Positions 15,896 to 25,284 of a stretch of DNA of 30,615 nt are shown here, piece after piece. Location of the stretch: the NCBI GenBank assembly GCA_036012755.1, contig DASCPX010000018.1, positions 1 through 30,615 on the forward strand. Reading direction: 5' to 3'. The notes under the pieces are model-generated. The model ran no database searches and had not been told where the DNA came from. It was given only the letters and a program-made list of their open reading frames with translations. The stretch is from Myxococcota bacterium (lineage in GTDB: Bacteria; Myxococcota_A; UBA796; CAJQPC01). The position numbers and the translations under genes were made by a program. Within the stretch, counting starts at the first letter, position 1. The number at the start of each line of letters is the position of its first letter.

Positions 15896-16177
15896 GGAGC
15901 AGCCCGCGCCTCTCACCGACGCGTCATCTGTTCCACCGATCCGGTTTCCTGGTGCGTTTACGGAGCGGTGATGAATTCGACAGTATGGATCTGGCTGGCG
16001 ATGATCTGGCCAGCCATGTAAGCGCCGTCGAGATCGCCATTGATGTGTCGCCCAAGCGTAAGGCTGGCAGCACACGATCCGTTTCCGGTCAGAGTGCCCG
16101 CGGGCAGCAAGAAAGAGCCTGCGTCAAGCAGTCCCTCTGTCTCCACGTCGTCCATGCAAGGACTGTCAATGTCCAGA

Positions 16178-16199
16178 GAACAACAGCAGCATGAGCTCT
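16178..16199 (+). repeat. 22-bp direct repeat, right copy
   Basis: Exact match to 14088-14109. Confidence 0.95.
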
Positions 16200-16223
16200 T
16201 GGACCGCTTGCTGCCGCCTCGGT

Positions 16224-17498
16224 TCAGAAGGCCTCGAGGTCTCCGGCCGAGCCGGCCCCTGTGCCGTCGGTGCTGGCAGCCTCCAGCTCGCCGCTCACGC
16301 CGCTCCCGGCGAGGTGCGATGCCACCGGCCAGCCCTCGTCGGTGAGGTTGCCGCCAGCGTCCAGGAAGGCCTGGGTGGTGGTGCCCGCGATGGAGCTCCC
16401 GTCGAGCGGGCCGCCGCCCGGCAGACCGATCGGGCCGCCGAAGCCCAGCGCCCCGGGCTGGAAGACGATTCCGAGGGGGTTCGTGACGAGCCCGCTGCCC
16501 CAGTCCCAGACGCTGTAGGCCTCGGCGATCTCGCCGAGCGGAGGTGGAGCTCGTTGCCGCTGACGCTGTCCGTCTCGACGATCGCGTCGACCTCGATGAG
16601 CCAGGCCAGGCCCGGGGCCGCCGCCTTGACCTTCGCTTTGTCGTCTACCAAGACGCAGCTCCCATGCGACCGCCTCGAGCATCCGCAGTTGGCCGCTCTC
16701 TTCGGGGCCGCGGAGCGCAAGGCGCCCGCCCTCCTCGAGGCAGCGGGCGATGGCATCGTCGGCTAGCGGCTGGGGCACCCGCAGAGTCGCCGCGCGCCGG
16801 CGGAGGAGTCCCAGGTCCGGTGGGCGTTGTGGGTGACCGTTGGCCCCGAAGGCGTCGGCGATCTCCTCTGCGGTCGGGCGGTGGTGGGGAGCTTCGGCGA
16901 GCATGCGGCTGATGAGCTCGCCCAGCCACGGCGTCTCGCACTCCGGGACCTGTGTGGAGGGCTGCCCGGTCAGCAGTTCGCCGAGCACGATGCCCAGGGC
17001 GTACACGTCGCTTGCTGCCTCGCCCTGGCCTGCGAGTCGCTCCGGAGCGGCGTAGTCCCGGGTGCCACCGGTGCTTTCGGCCAGCCCAAAGTCGACGATG
17101 CGGACGCGCTGCTCGGTGGCGACGAGGTTGGCGGGCTTCAGATCGCCGTGCACGACCCCGGCGTGGTGGATCGCAGGCAGGGCGTCCGAGAGACCCGCGC
17201 CGATCCGGACGACCTCGTCCTCCTGCAGCGGTCCTTACTTCAGGCGCAGTGACAGGGGCTCTCCCGGGGCCAGCTCCATCACGAGGTGGGGTGGACGACT
17301 CCCGGCGTCGATGAGCTGGACGACGTCCTGGTGGCAGATCCTCGAGAGCGCGCGGAGCTCCTCGCCGGGAGCTCGGTCGATGAGCTTCAGGGCGACGTCG
17401 CGCCCCGCTCCAGCGCTGGCTCGCCAGGTCACCCCGAAGGCCCCGGTTCCCAGGGGCTCCAGCAGGGTCCAGCGCCCGACCCGCTCACCGGGTCCCAT
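16224..17498 (-). pseudogene. Hanks-type Ser/Thr kinase with an in-frame TAA (17235-17237), truncated and joined near 16655 to an unrelated gene fragment
   Basis: ATG 17498 with GGAGG; LGTGAFG, VALK, HGDLKPAN, DFGLA, YAAPE, DVYALG; ORFs 17235-17510 and 16224-17153 share a frame; degenerate P-loop GPEESGQ before the break. Confidence 0.85.
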
Positions 17499-17582
17499 GC
17501 TCACCTCCACGTCACCTTGATACCACCAGCCCGGGTCGGGCCGATCCTCACCTCCGGTCTCTCCCCGGAGATACTCTGCGCG

Positions 17583-17933
17583 ATGCGTCGACTCCTGCCG
17601 GTCCTTGTCCTGCTCGGCCTCGCCTGCACCGGCGGCGAGGACTCCGACCCAGCGCTACAGGACACCTCGGTGGAGGACGACCCCCAACCCACCGGATGCG
17701 ACGTGCTGGAGGTCGGCTACGACGGCGAGAACCCGCCCAGCGTCGGCGAGAGCTGGACCGTCTGGCCGATCTGTGACGGCTCGCTGGTCTTCGGCGCCAT
17801 GGTCGTCCAGGTGGACCCCACGAGCTGCGCGACCATCGACGAGGGCGTCGTCACCTGGAAGGAAGCCGGCAGCTGCGAGCTCATGGTGCAGTCGGGCAGC
17901 CAGCGCGCCTACGAGACCGTGGAGGTCCAGTGA
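17583..17933 (+). CDS. Small hypothetical lipoprotein
   Basis: MRRLLPVLVLLGLAC lipobox; GTGA overlap with the next gene. Confidence 0.8.
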   Translation: MRRLLPVLVLLGLACTGGEDSDPALQDTSVEDDPQPTGCDVLEVGYDGENPPSVGESWTVWPICDGSLVFGAMVVQVDPTSCATIDEGVVTWKEAGSCELMVQSGSQRAYETVEVQ

Positions 17934-19042
17934 TCCTCTCGCTCCTCGCATGCCCCGCGCCCGAGGAAGACACCCAGGTGCCTCCGCTGATCCAGGACAC
18001 CGAGGTCGAGGACTCGCCGCCAGATTCGCCGCCGGACTCGCCGGTCGACACCGAGCCGCCCTGCGAGCCCATCAGCTTCACGACGGTCCCGGACTACTGC
18101 ACCCTCGACGACCTCGAGGGCGCCACCTGCGGGCTGGAGGGCGATCACCACGTCGCGCCCTACATCTACGTCGAGGCCGCCGGTGGCTGGTGGACGAAGC
18201 CCACCGCAGAGGGACCCACGGTGGAGCTTGCCGATGACGGGACCTGGACCGTCGACATCACGACCGGGGGCGTCGACGAGTCGGCCACCCGGATCTGTGC
18301 GTACCTGCTCCCCCTCGACGAGGAGCCCCCGCTGGCGCTGGGCGCGGCGGAGCTCGACGAGTCGCTGGAGGCCTGGCCCTCTGTCTGCGTCGATCGGCCC
18401 GCCCCGGACACCACGCTCGAGTTCGGTGAGCGCACGTGGACGATCAAGGGACAGTGCGGCACCTCGTACGGACCCGGTCCCTGCGTCTTCCGAGAGGACT
18501 ACTCGACGGTCGACGGAGACGGCAAGCTCCACCTGCTCGCGGAGGGTGCCCCCTACTGCAGCGAGGTCTACCTGCCAGAGGCTCTGGGCTTTGGCGAGTA
18601 CAGCTTCACCGTCGACACACCGCTGGACGATCTCGGCGACGTCAACGCCGTGCTCGGCATGTTCCTGTGGGACGACGACGAGGCCTACAACCACCGCGAG
18701 CTCGACTTCGAGTACACCGTGTGGGGCGAAGCTGGCGCGGACAACGGCCAGTTCGTGGTCCAGCCCTACGACACAGAGGGCAATCGCTACCGCTTCATGA
18801 TCGACGACACCACGCCCACCACCCACCGCTTCCAGTGGACCGCCGAGGGCGTCGTCTTCGAAGCCGGGGGCGAGTGCTGGGAGTACGCGGGCAGCGACAC
18901 CCCCCCTGAAGGCGACGAGCGCGTCCACATCAACCTGTGGCTCTACTCGGGCGAGGCGGCGGAGGAGAGCTGGTCCAAGGAGGTCGTGATCTCGGACTTC
19001 ACCTTCACGGCGGAGCCCGCCGAGCCCATCGAGTGTGACTGA
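17930..19042 (+). CDS. Lipoprotein with a GH16-like glycoside hydrolase domain
   Basis: LSLLAC lipobox, Pro/Asp linker, GFGEYSF...VLGMFLWD...RELDFEY (ExDxE catalytic motif), HINLW. Confidence 0.75.
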   Translation: MILSLLACPAPEEDTQVPPLIQDTEVEDSPPDSPPDSPVDTEPPCEPISFTTVPDYCTLDDLEGATCGLEGDHHVAPYIYVEAAGGWWTKPTAEGPTVELADDGTWTVDITTGGVDESATRICAYLLPLDEEPPLALGAAELDESLEAWPSVCVDRPAPDTTLEFGERTWTIKGQCGTSYGPGPCVFREDYSTVDGDGKLHLLAEGAPYCSEVYLPEALGFGEYSFTVDTPLDDLGDVNAVLGMFLWDDDEAYNHRELDFEYTVWGEAGADNGQFVVQPYDTEGNRYRFMIDDTTPTTHRFQWTAEGVVFEAGGECWEYAGSDTPPEGDERVHINLWLYSGEAAEESWSKEVVISDFTFTAEPAEPIECD

Positions 19043-19218
19043 GGGCGTGGTTCGCCCGCGGTTTCGGTGGCCCCTCTGTCCTTGAGTCCAGCGCCCAACC
19101 AGGTGGGGACTTCCTGGTCACTGGCGAGATCGACGTCGACGAGGACGACAACAACGCCGTCTACGTCTCCACCCTCTCGGTCAACACGGTCTTCCTCAAC
19201 AAGAACGACGTCTACTGA
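19043..19218 (+). pseudogene. Start-less 3' gene remnant
   Basis: Frame ending TGA 19216-19218 reads GDFLVTGEIDVDEDDNNAVYVSTLSVNTVFLNKNDVY with host-like GC3 codons but no start codon after the in-frame stop at 19036. Confidence 0.45.
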
Positions 19219-19979
19219 GTCTCGTAGCGGTAGCTGGCGCCCTCGACGAAGGGATGGGCGTCGAAGCCGCGGTCCTTCAGGGTGTCGACCAGCGGCGTCA
19301 GGATGCGCGTCGGCAGGCCGAGGGTCGCGCGGGTGTCGTTCACGAGGTCCGTGACCAGCAGCGTCCCGGGCTCGAAGCGCCCGATGAGCTGCTCGATGGC
19401 GTCGTGGTCCTCGTAGTCGACACCCAGGATCACCCAGTCCGCGCCGCCAAAGCGCTGCGCTGCTCGGCTCAGCCACTCCGCATCGGTGTTGTGGTGCAGC
19501 GAGCAGTTCAGGTGCAGGAGCCTGCCTCCGTCGGGGAAGGTCAGCTGGGCGATGATCGGCTTCGCTTCGGGGAGCCCTACCCGCCGCCTGAGACGCCGGA
19601 CCGCCAGCAGCGGGTTCATCAGCCCGGCCTTTGCCTTTCGCACGAACTCGGTGGGGGTCGCGTAGGGGATGGGTGCGTACTCGAGGGCTTCGACGAGGAC
19701 CTCGCCGAAGCGGCCGCCGGGCGCCTGGTCGCGGACACGGCCCACGGACGTGAGCCAGGCCCGCACGGCGGACGAGGCCACCACCTGGGGCTCGACCCCG
19801 GCTCGGATCGCGTGGACCAGTCCCTCCGCCCGCTCGCACTCGTGCCAGGTGAGGACGCAGCGGTCGTCCCTGCCGACGTCCCTGTAGGGGTCGAAGCGGA
19901 TCGGCTTGCCTGGCCACTCGACACGGATCGCGCTGTGGCCCTCGTGGGTCAGCCGCAGTCGCCAGGGCGAGCTCTTCAT
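19212..19979 (-). CDS. Metallo-beta-lactamase-fold protein with a degenerate metal motif
   Basis: LTHEGHSAIRVE...IRFDPY N-terminus; VLTWHECER in place of THxHxDH; ATGA overlap with rocD. Confidence 0.6.
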   Translation of the reverse strand: MKSSPWRLRLTHEGHSAIRVEWPGKPIRFDPYRDVGRDDRCVLTWHECERAEGLVHAIRAGVEPQVVASSAVRAWLTSVGRVRDQAPGGRFGEVLVEALEYAPIPYATPTEFVRKAKAGLMNPLLAVRRLRRRVGLPEAKPIIAQLTFPDGGRLLHLNCSLHHNTDAEWLSRAAQRFGGADWVILGVDYEDHDAIEQLIGRFEPGTLLVTDLVNDTRATLGLPTRILTPLVDTLKDRGFDAHPFVEGASYRYETQ

Positions 19980-21196
19980 CCGGCCTTCGCGACGACCTCT
20001 GCGGAGAGCACCTCACGGACGTGCCCGAGGGCCCAGTCCACCTCTTCCTTGGTGATCGTGAGCGGCGGCGCGAAGCGGATGACCTGCTGGTGGGTCTCCT
20101 TGCAGAGCAGACCCCGGTCCATGAGCGCTTCGCAGAATGGCCGCGCCGAGCCGCTGGAGGCCTTGACCTCGACGGCGATGAACAGCCCTCGGCCGCGGAT
20201 CTCGTGGACGTGGGGGCTGTCGATCTTGCGCAGCTCGTGCATGAAGTAGTCGCCCATCGCGGCGCTGGCCTCGACCAGGCGCTCCTCGACGAGGACCTCG
20301 ATGCTGGCCTGACCCACAGCGCAGCCGAGGGGGTTGCCGCCGAAGGTCGAGCCGTGGTCGCCGGGGTTGAAGACGCCCATGACGTCCCAGCTGGCGAGGA
20401 AGGCGCTGACCGGGAAGACACCGCCGCCGAGGGCCTTGCCCACCGTCACGCCGTCGGGACGGATGCCCTCGTGCTCGAAGGCGAAGAGCTTGCCCGTGCG
20501 GCCGAAGCCGGTCTGGATCTCGTCGGCGATGAGCAGCGCGCCGTGCCGATCGCAGAGCGCCCGGGCCGCGGCGAGGTAGCCCGCCGGCGGCACGTTGATG
20601 CCTGCCTCGCCCTGGATCGGCTCCACGAGGAAGGCGACGGTGTTCTCGTTGAAGGCCGCTGCCAGCGCGTCGATGTCACCGAAGGGCACCACCACGAAGC
20701 CAGGGGTGAAGGGGCCGAAGCCCTCCTTGTACTGGTCCTCTGTCGAGAAGCCGACGATGGTGGTCGTGCGGCCGTGGAAGTTGTCGGCGCAGACGATGAT
20801 CTCGGCCTTGCCCTTGGCGACACCCTTCTTCTGGTAGCCCCACTTGCGCGCCGCCTTGATGGCGGTCTCGACCGCCTCCGCGCCCGTGTTCATCGGGAGC
20901 GCCGCCTCGAAGCCCGTGACCTCGCACAGGGTGCCCAGGAACTCACCGAGGCGATCGTTGTGGAAGGCCCGCGAGGTCAGGGTGCAGCGACCGGCCTGGT
21001 CGACGAGCGCCTGGACGATCCTGGGGTGGCGGTGACCCTGGTTCAGCGCGCTGTAGGCCGACAGCATGTCCATGTAGCGCTTGCCTTCGGGGTCGGTGAC
21101 CCAGACGCCCTCTGCATGAGCGATGACGATGGGCAGCGGATGGTAGTTGTGGGCGCCGTACTTCTCGGCGAGCTCGATGGCCTGGTGCGTGCTCAC
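19976..21196 (-). CDS. rocD: Ornithine aminotransferase (class III PLP enzyme)
   Basis: YGAHNYHPLP, LSAYSALNQGHRHP, LTSRAF, MNTGAEAVETA, EPIQGEAG, DEIQTG, GKALGGG, HGSTFGGNPL. Confidence 0.96.
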   Translation of the reverse strand: MSTHQAIELAEKYGAHNYHPLPIVIAHAEGVWVTDPEGKRYMDMLSAYSALNQGHRHPRIVQALVDQAGRCTLTSRAFHNDRLGEFLGTLCEVTGFEAALPMNTGAEAVETAIKAARKWGYQKKGVAKGKAEIIVCADNFHGRTTTIVGFSTEDQYKEGFGPFTPGFVVVPFGDIDALAAAFNENTVAFLVEPIQGEAGINVPPAGYLAAARALCDRHGALLIADEIQTGFGRTGKLFAFEHEGIRPDGVTVGKALGGGVFPVSAFLASWDVMGVFNPGDHGSTFGGNPLGCAVGQASIEVLVEERLVEASAAMGDYFMHELRKIDSPHVHEIRGRGLFIAVEVKASSGSARPFCEALMDRGLLCKETHQQVIRFAPPLTITKEEVDWALGHVREVLSAEVVAKAG

Positions 21197-21260
21197 GCGG
21201 GCTCCGGGGAGGGAGGTTGGAGGCAGCCGGAGCCTAACCGGGAGCGGCTACGATGGCGCG

Positions 21261-22772
21261 GTGCTTTGGATGCTGTTCAGCACAGCCCTCGGAGATGACG
21301 ATCCATGGGGGCTGGTCCGCGTGGAAGACCCCGATCACCCCGACGCGATCGCGCGCTCCCACAGGGGCTCGATACTGCTCGAGCCGCCCACCGATGGCAC
21401 CGAGTGGTTCGTCGAAGAGGTCCCCCACGTCGACGAAGGGGTCGGGTCCCAGCGCGCGGACGGGGCCTCGGAAGCCCTCGGCGTAGACGCCTGGCACGAT
21501 GCCGGCTTCCTCGGTCAGGGTGTCTCCATCGCGGTCTTCGACCTGCAGTGGTACGGCACCGAACTGGACCACGAGGAGCTCGGCGACTTCGAGTCCTGGG
21601 ACTGCTGGGCCCACACGGCGTGCACCCCCGAGATCGACACCCTGCGGCCACGCTTCACCTACGAGGGAGGGGTCCACGGCCTGGCCTGCGCAGAAGTCGT
21701 CCGCGACCTCGCCCCCGAAGCCGAGCTCCACCTCGTGCGGACCAACGGGACCGTCGCCTTCGAGAACGCCGTGGCCTGGGCCGTGCGCGAGGAGATCGAC
21801 GTCGTCACCCTGTCGATGTCCTACATGAACAGCAGCTTCTACGACGGCAGCGGCCCGCTCGCGGTGCTCGTCGAGGACATCAGCGAGGGCGGCACGCTCC
21901 TGGTGACCTCGGCCGGGAACTACGCCCAGGGCCACTGGAGCGGTCCCTTCGTCGACACCGACGGCGACGGGCTCCACGAGTTCGAGGACGGCAGCGAGCG
22001 GCTCGGGGTCTACTTCCACGCGGGCAAGAAGCGAGGCCTCGCCCTCCAGTGGGACAACTACTACCGCTGCGGGGACACGGACCTGGACGTCGTCGTCTAC
22101 AGCGAGGACGGCACGGTGCTCGACGTCGGGGACCGGGTGCAGGACGGCGAGAAGGGCTGCTCCCCGGTGGAGCGCCTCGCGCCTACCCTGTCAGAGGACC
22201 AGTGGGCAGAGGTCGAGATCCGGCGCGTCGCCGGAGACCCCGCGGTGATGATGAACCTCTTGACCTCGAGCGGGCGCATCGAGGGCAGCCACGCCGACCG
22301 CAGCGTCACCGATCCGGGCACACATCCGCTGGCGTGGACCATCGGCGCCATGGACCAGGACGGGTACCTGTCGAACTCGATCGAGGGCTTCTCCTCTCAG
22401 GGGCCCAACATGGCCGGCGATCCGAAGCCGGACATCGTGGCCACCGACGGCGTCACCAGCTCCGCATATGGCCCCCGCGGCTTCTACGGGACCTCCGCCG
22501 CCTCTCCCAGCGCTGCTGGGGCGCTCGCGGTGGTGATGTCCCGGGACCCCTCCCTGACGGGCCGAGAGGCTTCCCAGCTCATCGAGGGCTGGGCTGTGTC
22601 CGAGCGCACCAGCTGGCAGGAGGTGGACAACACTATGGGGGCCGGACGCCTACGCCTGCCGCCACCGGAGGCCTCTCTCCCGGGCTGTCTCGGGCGCGCC
22701 GGTTGGCTGGCGCTCGGGATCGGCTTACCCTTGCCGCTACTGAGACGAAGACGACGAAGCCCACCTTGCTGA
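21261..22772 (+). CDS. Secreted S8 subtilisin-like peptidase with a C-terminal sorting/TM tail
   Basis: Start GTG 21261 or ATG 21270; triad IAVFD, HGLAC, GTSAASP; oxyanion SAGN; KPDIVA; tail GC-hydrophobic-RRRRR. Confidence 0.9.
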   Translation: MLWMLFSTALGDDDPWGLVRVEDPDHPDAIARSHRGSILLEPPTDGTEWFVEEVPHVDEGVGSQRADGASEALGVDAWHDAGFLGQGVSIAVFDLQWYGTELDHEELGDFESWDCWAHTACTPEIDTLRPRFTYEGGVHGLACAEVVRDLAPEAELHLVRTNGTVAFENAVAWAVREEIDVVTLSMSYMNSSFYDGSGPLAVLVEDISEGGTLLVTSAGNYAQGHWSGPFVDTDGDGLHEFEDGSERLGVYFHAGKKRGLALQWDNYYRCGDTDLDVVVYSEDGTVLDVGDRVQDGEKGCSPVERLAPTLSEDQWAEVEIRRVAGDPAVMMNLLTSSGRIEGSHADRSVTDPGTHPLAWTIGAMDQDGYLSNSIEGFSSQGPNMAGDPKPDIVATDGVTSSAYGPRGFYGTSAASPSAAGALAVVMSRDPSLTGREASQLIEGWAVSERTSWQEVDNTMGAGRLRLPPPEASLPGCLGRAGWLALGIGLPLPLLRRRRRSPPC

Positions 22773-23743
22773 CGCTGTTCCTCCCCGCATGCCACCTCTT
22801 CGCTGACGGCTCGATCCCGTGCACGCAGGACGAGCTCCCCGAGTGCGCCGAGGTCGAGGGGGACACCGACACCGACGCGGACACCGACACCGACACCGAC
22901 GCTGACGCTGACGCCGACAGCGACGCTGACAGCGACGCCGACAGCGACGCCGACACGGACATCCCTTCCGTCGCGGTCGCGCTGTCGGCCGCTGGGTCCG
23001 TCGAGTGGTCCTTCGTCGCCATCGACCAGGACGCAGCCACCGCCTTGGAGCTCGGAGCCCCCGGGACGACCTACGGGCCACCTCTCTGGCTGCCCTCCGA
23101 CGAGGTCGGGGTGGTGTTCCGAGGCCCCGAGATCTGGATGATGGCCGTCGATGGCGCCTTCCTGGTCGGCGACACCAATCTCCCCATCGAGGACGCTGCC
23201 TGGGCCGACGGGGTCATCTATGCGGCCTCGAGCGAGGCGCTGTACCGCGTCGACATCTTCACCCTTGACGGCGTGGTTGAAGTCGAACTGGTCGAGGCCG
23301 GGTTCGAGGACCTGCGCCACGTCGTGGCCGCCGCGAACAAGGGCGTCTGGCTCATCGACTTCGGCAGCGACGGCCGTCCTGATCTCCATCGGTGGACCGA
23401 CGGAGAGGTGGACTTGTGGATCGAGGACTACGACAGCATCGAGGGCCGCTCGGTCGCGGCCTTCGTCGGCCCAGAGGCCGAGGTCTGGGTGTGCAGCGAG
23501 GGCGGCGGGACCTGGTCCGTCGCGGAGATCGCTGCCGGCATCTCCGCCCCGGCGCGCCTGGCCCAGGGGGGCCTGACCGACGTGGTCGACTGTGGCTACG
23601 ACCCGGGGACCGACGAGGTCCTCATGATCAGCGGCGTGGGTGGTATCTTCCGGGTCCAGGCCGACAACACGACGTCGAACTGGGTCGGAGGCTTCGCCGA
23701 CCAGGTCGTGGTTCGCGCTGAGGTCGTTCCCTTCGACCTGTAG
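22766..23743 (+). CDS. Hypothetical lipoprotein with an Asp-X linker and a probable beta-rich domain
   Basis: TTG 22766 overlapping the S8 stop gives LLTLFLPAC; only this part of ORF 21305-23743 looks coding. Confidence 0.75.
   Translation: MLTLFLPACHLFADGSIPCTQDELPECAEVEGDTDTDADTDTDTDADADADSDADSDADSDADTDIPSVAVALSAAGSVEWSFVAIDQDAATALELGAPGTTYGPPLWLPSDEVGVVFRGPEIWMMAVDGAFLVGDTNLPIEDAAWADGVIYAASSEALYRVDIFTLDGVVEVELVEAGFEDLRHVVAAANKGVWLIDFGSDGRPDLHRWTDGEVDLWIEDYDSIEGRSVAAFVGPEAEVWVCSEGGGTWSVAEIAAGISAPARLAQGGLTDVVDCGYDPGTDEVLMISGVGGIFRVQADNTTSNWVGGFADQVVVRAEVVPFDL
22862..22960 (+). repeat. 6-bp coding repeat encoding DT/DA/DS dipeptides
   Basis: gacacc / gacgct / gacagc / gacgcc units. Confidence 0.9.
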
Positions 23744-23752
23744 AGTGGCGCG

Positions 23753-24451
23753 GTGGAACACGCCGACGCACTGCTGCTGAAGGCGCGCTGCGGTGCCTGC
23801 GCCGAGCGCGTGCCTCGCACCAACATCCTGCGAGGGTTGGACTGTCCCAGCTGCGACAGCGGCCTGTCCTGGAGCGCGGCGGGGCAGCTGACCGAGGGCC
23901 TGCGGGACCAGATGGGGTGGAAGCGCTGGCTCGCCTACGGCCTGGTGCTCGCTGGCAGCTTCCTCACGGGGCTGTTGCCCGGACTTCACGTCATCCTCCA
24001 CCCCCTGCTGATGCTGCTGGCGCTCTTCGTCGCCCACGTCTGGGTCGTTCGGCACTCGCTGCGGTGGCTGGGGCCTGCGCGGCGGGTCACGACGCGGCTG
24101 AACCTCAAGCTGCTCGCGGCGGCGCTGACCTGCTTGAACCTCGTCGTCAACGTCGCGGTCGCTCCGCTGTTGTCGGTCGCCTCGCTTCCGTTGGCCCTGT
24201 TCTCTGTCGCGCTCTTCGCGGTCTACCTGGAGACGGCGCTGTCGATGATCGGCCGGCGCCTCACCTGGGAGAGCGAGAGCGTCCCGCTGAAGACCCTCGA
24301 GTGGGCCGTCCCGGTCGGGCTCCTCGTGCTGCTGGTGGGGGTCACCGTCGGCGGGGCCTTCGGGATCTGGGGGATGCTCTACCTCATCACAGAGGCCGAG
24401 ATCCCCGCCGCCAGTGAGTTCGCGGCCTGGCTCCTGGGCGAGGGGACCTGA
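23753..24451 (+). CDS. Multi-pass membrane protein with an N-terminal Zn ribbon
   Basis: CGAC...CPSC followed by several hydrophobic helices. Confidence 0.75.
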   Translation: MEHADALLLKARCGACAERVPRTNILRGLDCPSCDSGLSWSAAGQLTEGLRDQMGWKRWLAYGLVLAGSFLTGLLPGLHVILHPLLMLLALFVAHVWVVRHSLRWLGPARRVTTRLNLKLLAAALTCLNLVVNVAVAPLLSVASLPLALFSVALFAVYLETALSMIGRRLTWESESVPLKTLEWAVPVGLLVLLVGVTVGGAFGIWGMLYLITEAEIPAASEFAAWLLGEGT

Positions 24452-25284
24452 TGGAGCTGGCTCTGATCCGCTTCCTCGCCCAGACCTTCGGCGTAGCGTT
24501 CACGGCGAGCCCCCGCCCGGGGCTGACCTTCTTCGTCGTGCAGGTGACCGTCGCCTTCGTCTCCCGAATGGGCTGGGTGACGATGGAGCCAGCTCTCGCC
24601 TGGCTGATCTCCCTGCCTTGCGTGATGATCGCCTTCGTCATGGCGGGGCTCGAGATCCTCGCGCGGCACGACGAGGAGATCGAGGAGCTCCTTCGTGACT
24701 TCAACCTCACGCACGTGCTCGGCGTCTTCGGCACCTTCACTGGCTGCCTGGTCTTCGCGGCCCTGGGCCTGCCCGAAGAAGAGGCCCTTGGGCTCGTCGA
24801 GGAGGGCGCCTCCCACGACGTCGGCACGGCGATGGCCCTCGCCTCGGCCTCTGAGCAGTCGGACGTCGTGCGCTACGGCGCCATCGGCGGCGGCGTCGCG
24901 ATGAACCTGGGCATCACCTCGGTGCGCGGTCGGATCATCGAGTTCTTCTCCTGCTTCGACCTCGACAAGCAGTGGCACCGCATCGAGACCGGCGGCGTGG
25001 TCGGCGTCCTCACGCTGCTGATCTGGCTGCCCGTGCTGGCGCTGGTCCTCGTGGTCCTGCTGACGCTGGCCCTCGGTGTCATCGCGGTCGCCGTCAAGGT
25101 CGCCGAGAAGTGGGCGGACGAGCGCGGTCGCCGGGAGTGCCCCAGCTGCGAGACGAAGGTCCGCAAGGAGGCTTCCCTTTGCTTCCAGTGCCGGAGCGCG
25201 CTGGAGCCAGAGGTCGTCCTGGGCTCTACGGTGGAGTCGCAATGGCAGCGGATGATGGCCACTCTGCGAAGACAGCCCGGCTGA
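24451..25284 (+). CDS. Membrane protein (possibly DUF4126-like) with a C-terminal Zn ribbon
   Basis: TGATG coupling; hydrophobic segments; CPSC...CFQC. Confidence 0.7.
   Translation: MELALIRFLAQTFGVAFTASPRPGLTFFVVQVTVAFVSRMGWVTMEPALAWLISLPCVMIAFVMAGLEILARHDEEIEELLRDFNLTHVLGVFGTFTGCLVFAALGLPEEEALGLVEEGASHDVGTAMALASASEQSDVVRYGAIGGGVAMNLGITSVRGRIIEFFSCFDLDKQWHRIETGGVVGVLTLLIWLPVLALVLVVLLTLALGVIAVAVKVAEKWADERGRRECPSCETKVRKEASLCFQCRSALEPEVVLGSTVESQWQRMMATLRRQPG

Larger units (their letters stand above)
14110..16177. mobile_element. Putative 2.07-kb inserted islet between 22-bp direct repeats, no integrase or transposase
   Basis: Exact flanking repeats, visibly more AT-rich sequence and codon usage, dif-like and tmRNA-like sites inside. 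Confidence 0.7.

Noticed and set aside
14110..16177. Integron gene cassette or IS element
   Set aside because: No attC structure, terminal inverted repeats or transposase found
15896..16177. Short ORFs in the right part of the islet
   Set aside because: No recognisable motif or start signal; may be gene debris
22862..22960. CRISPR-like array
   Set aside because: Short coding repeats without spacers; no CRISPR array or cas gene seen in the window
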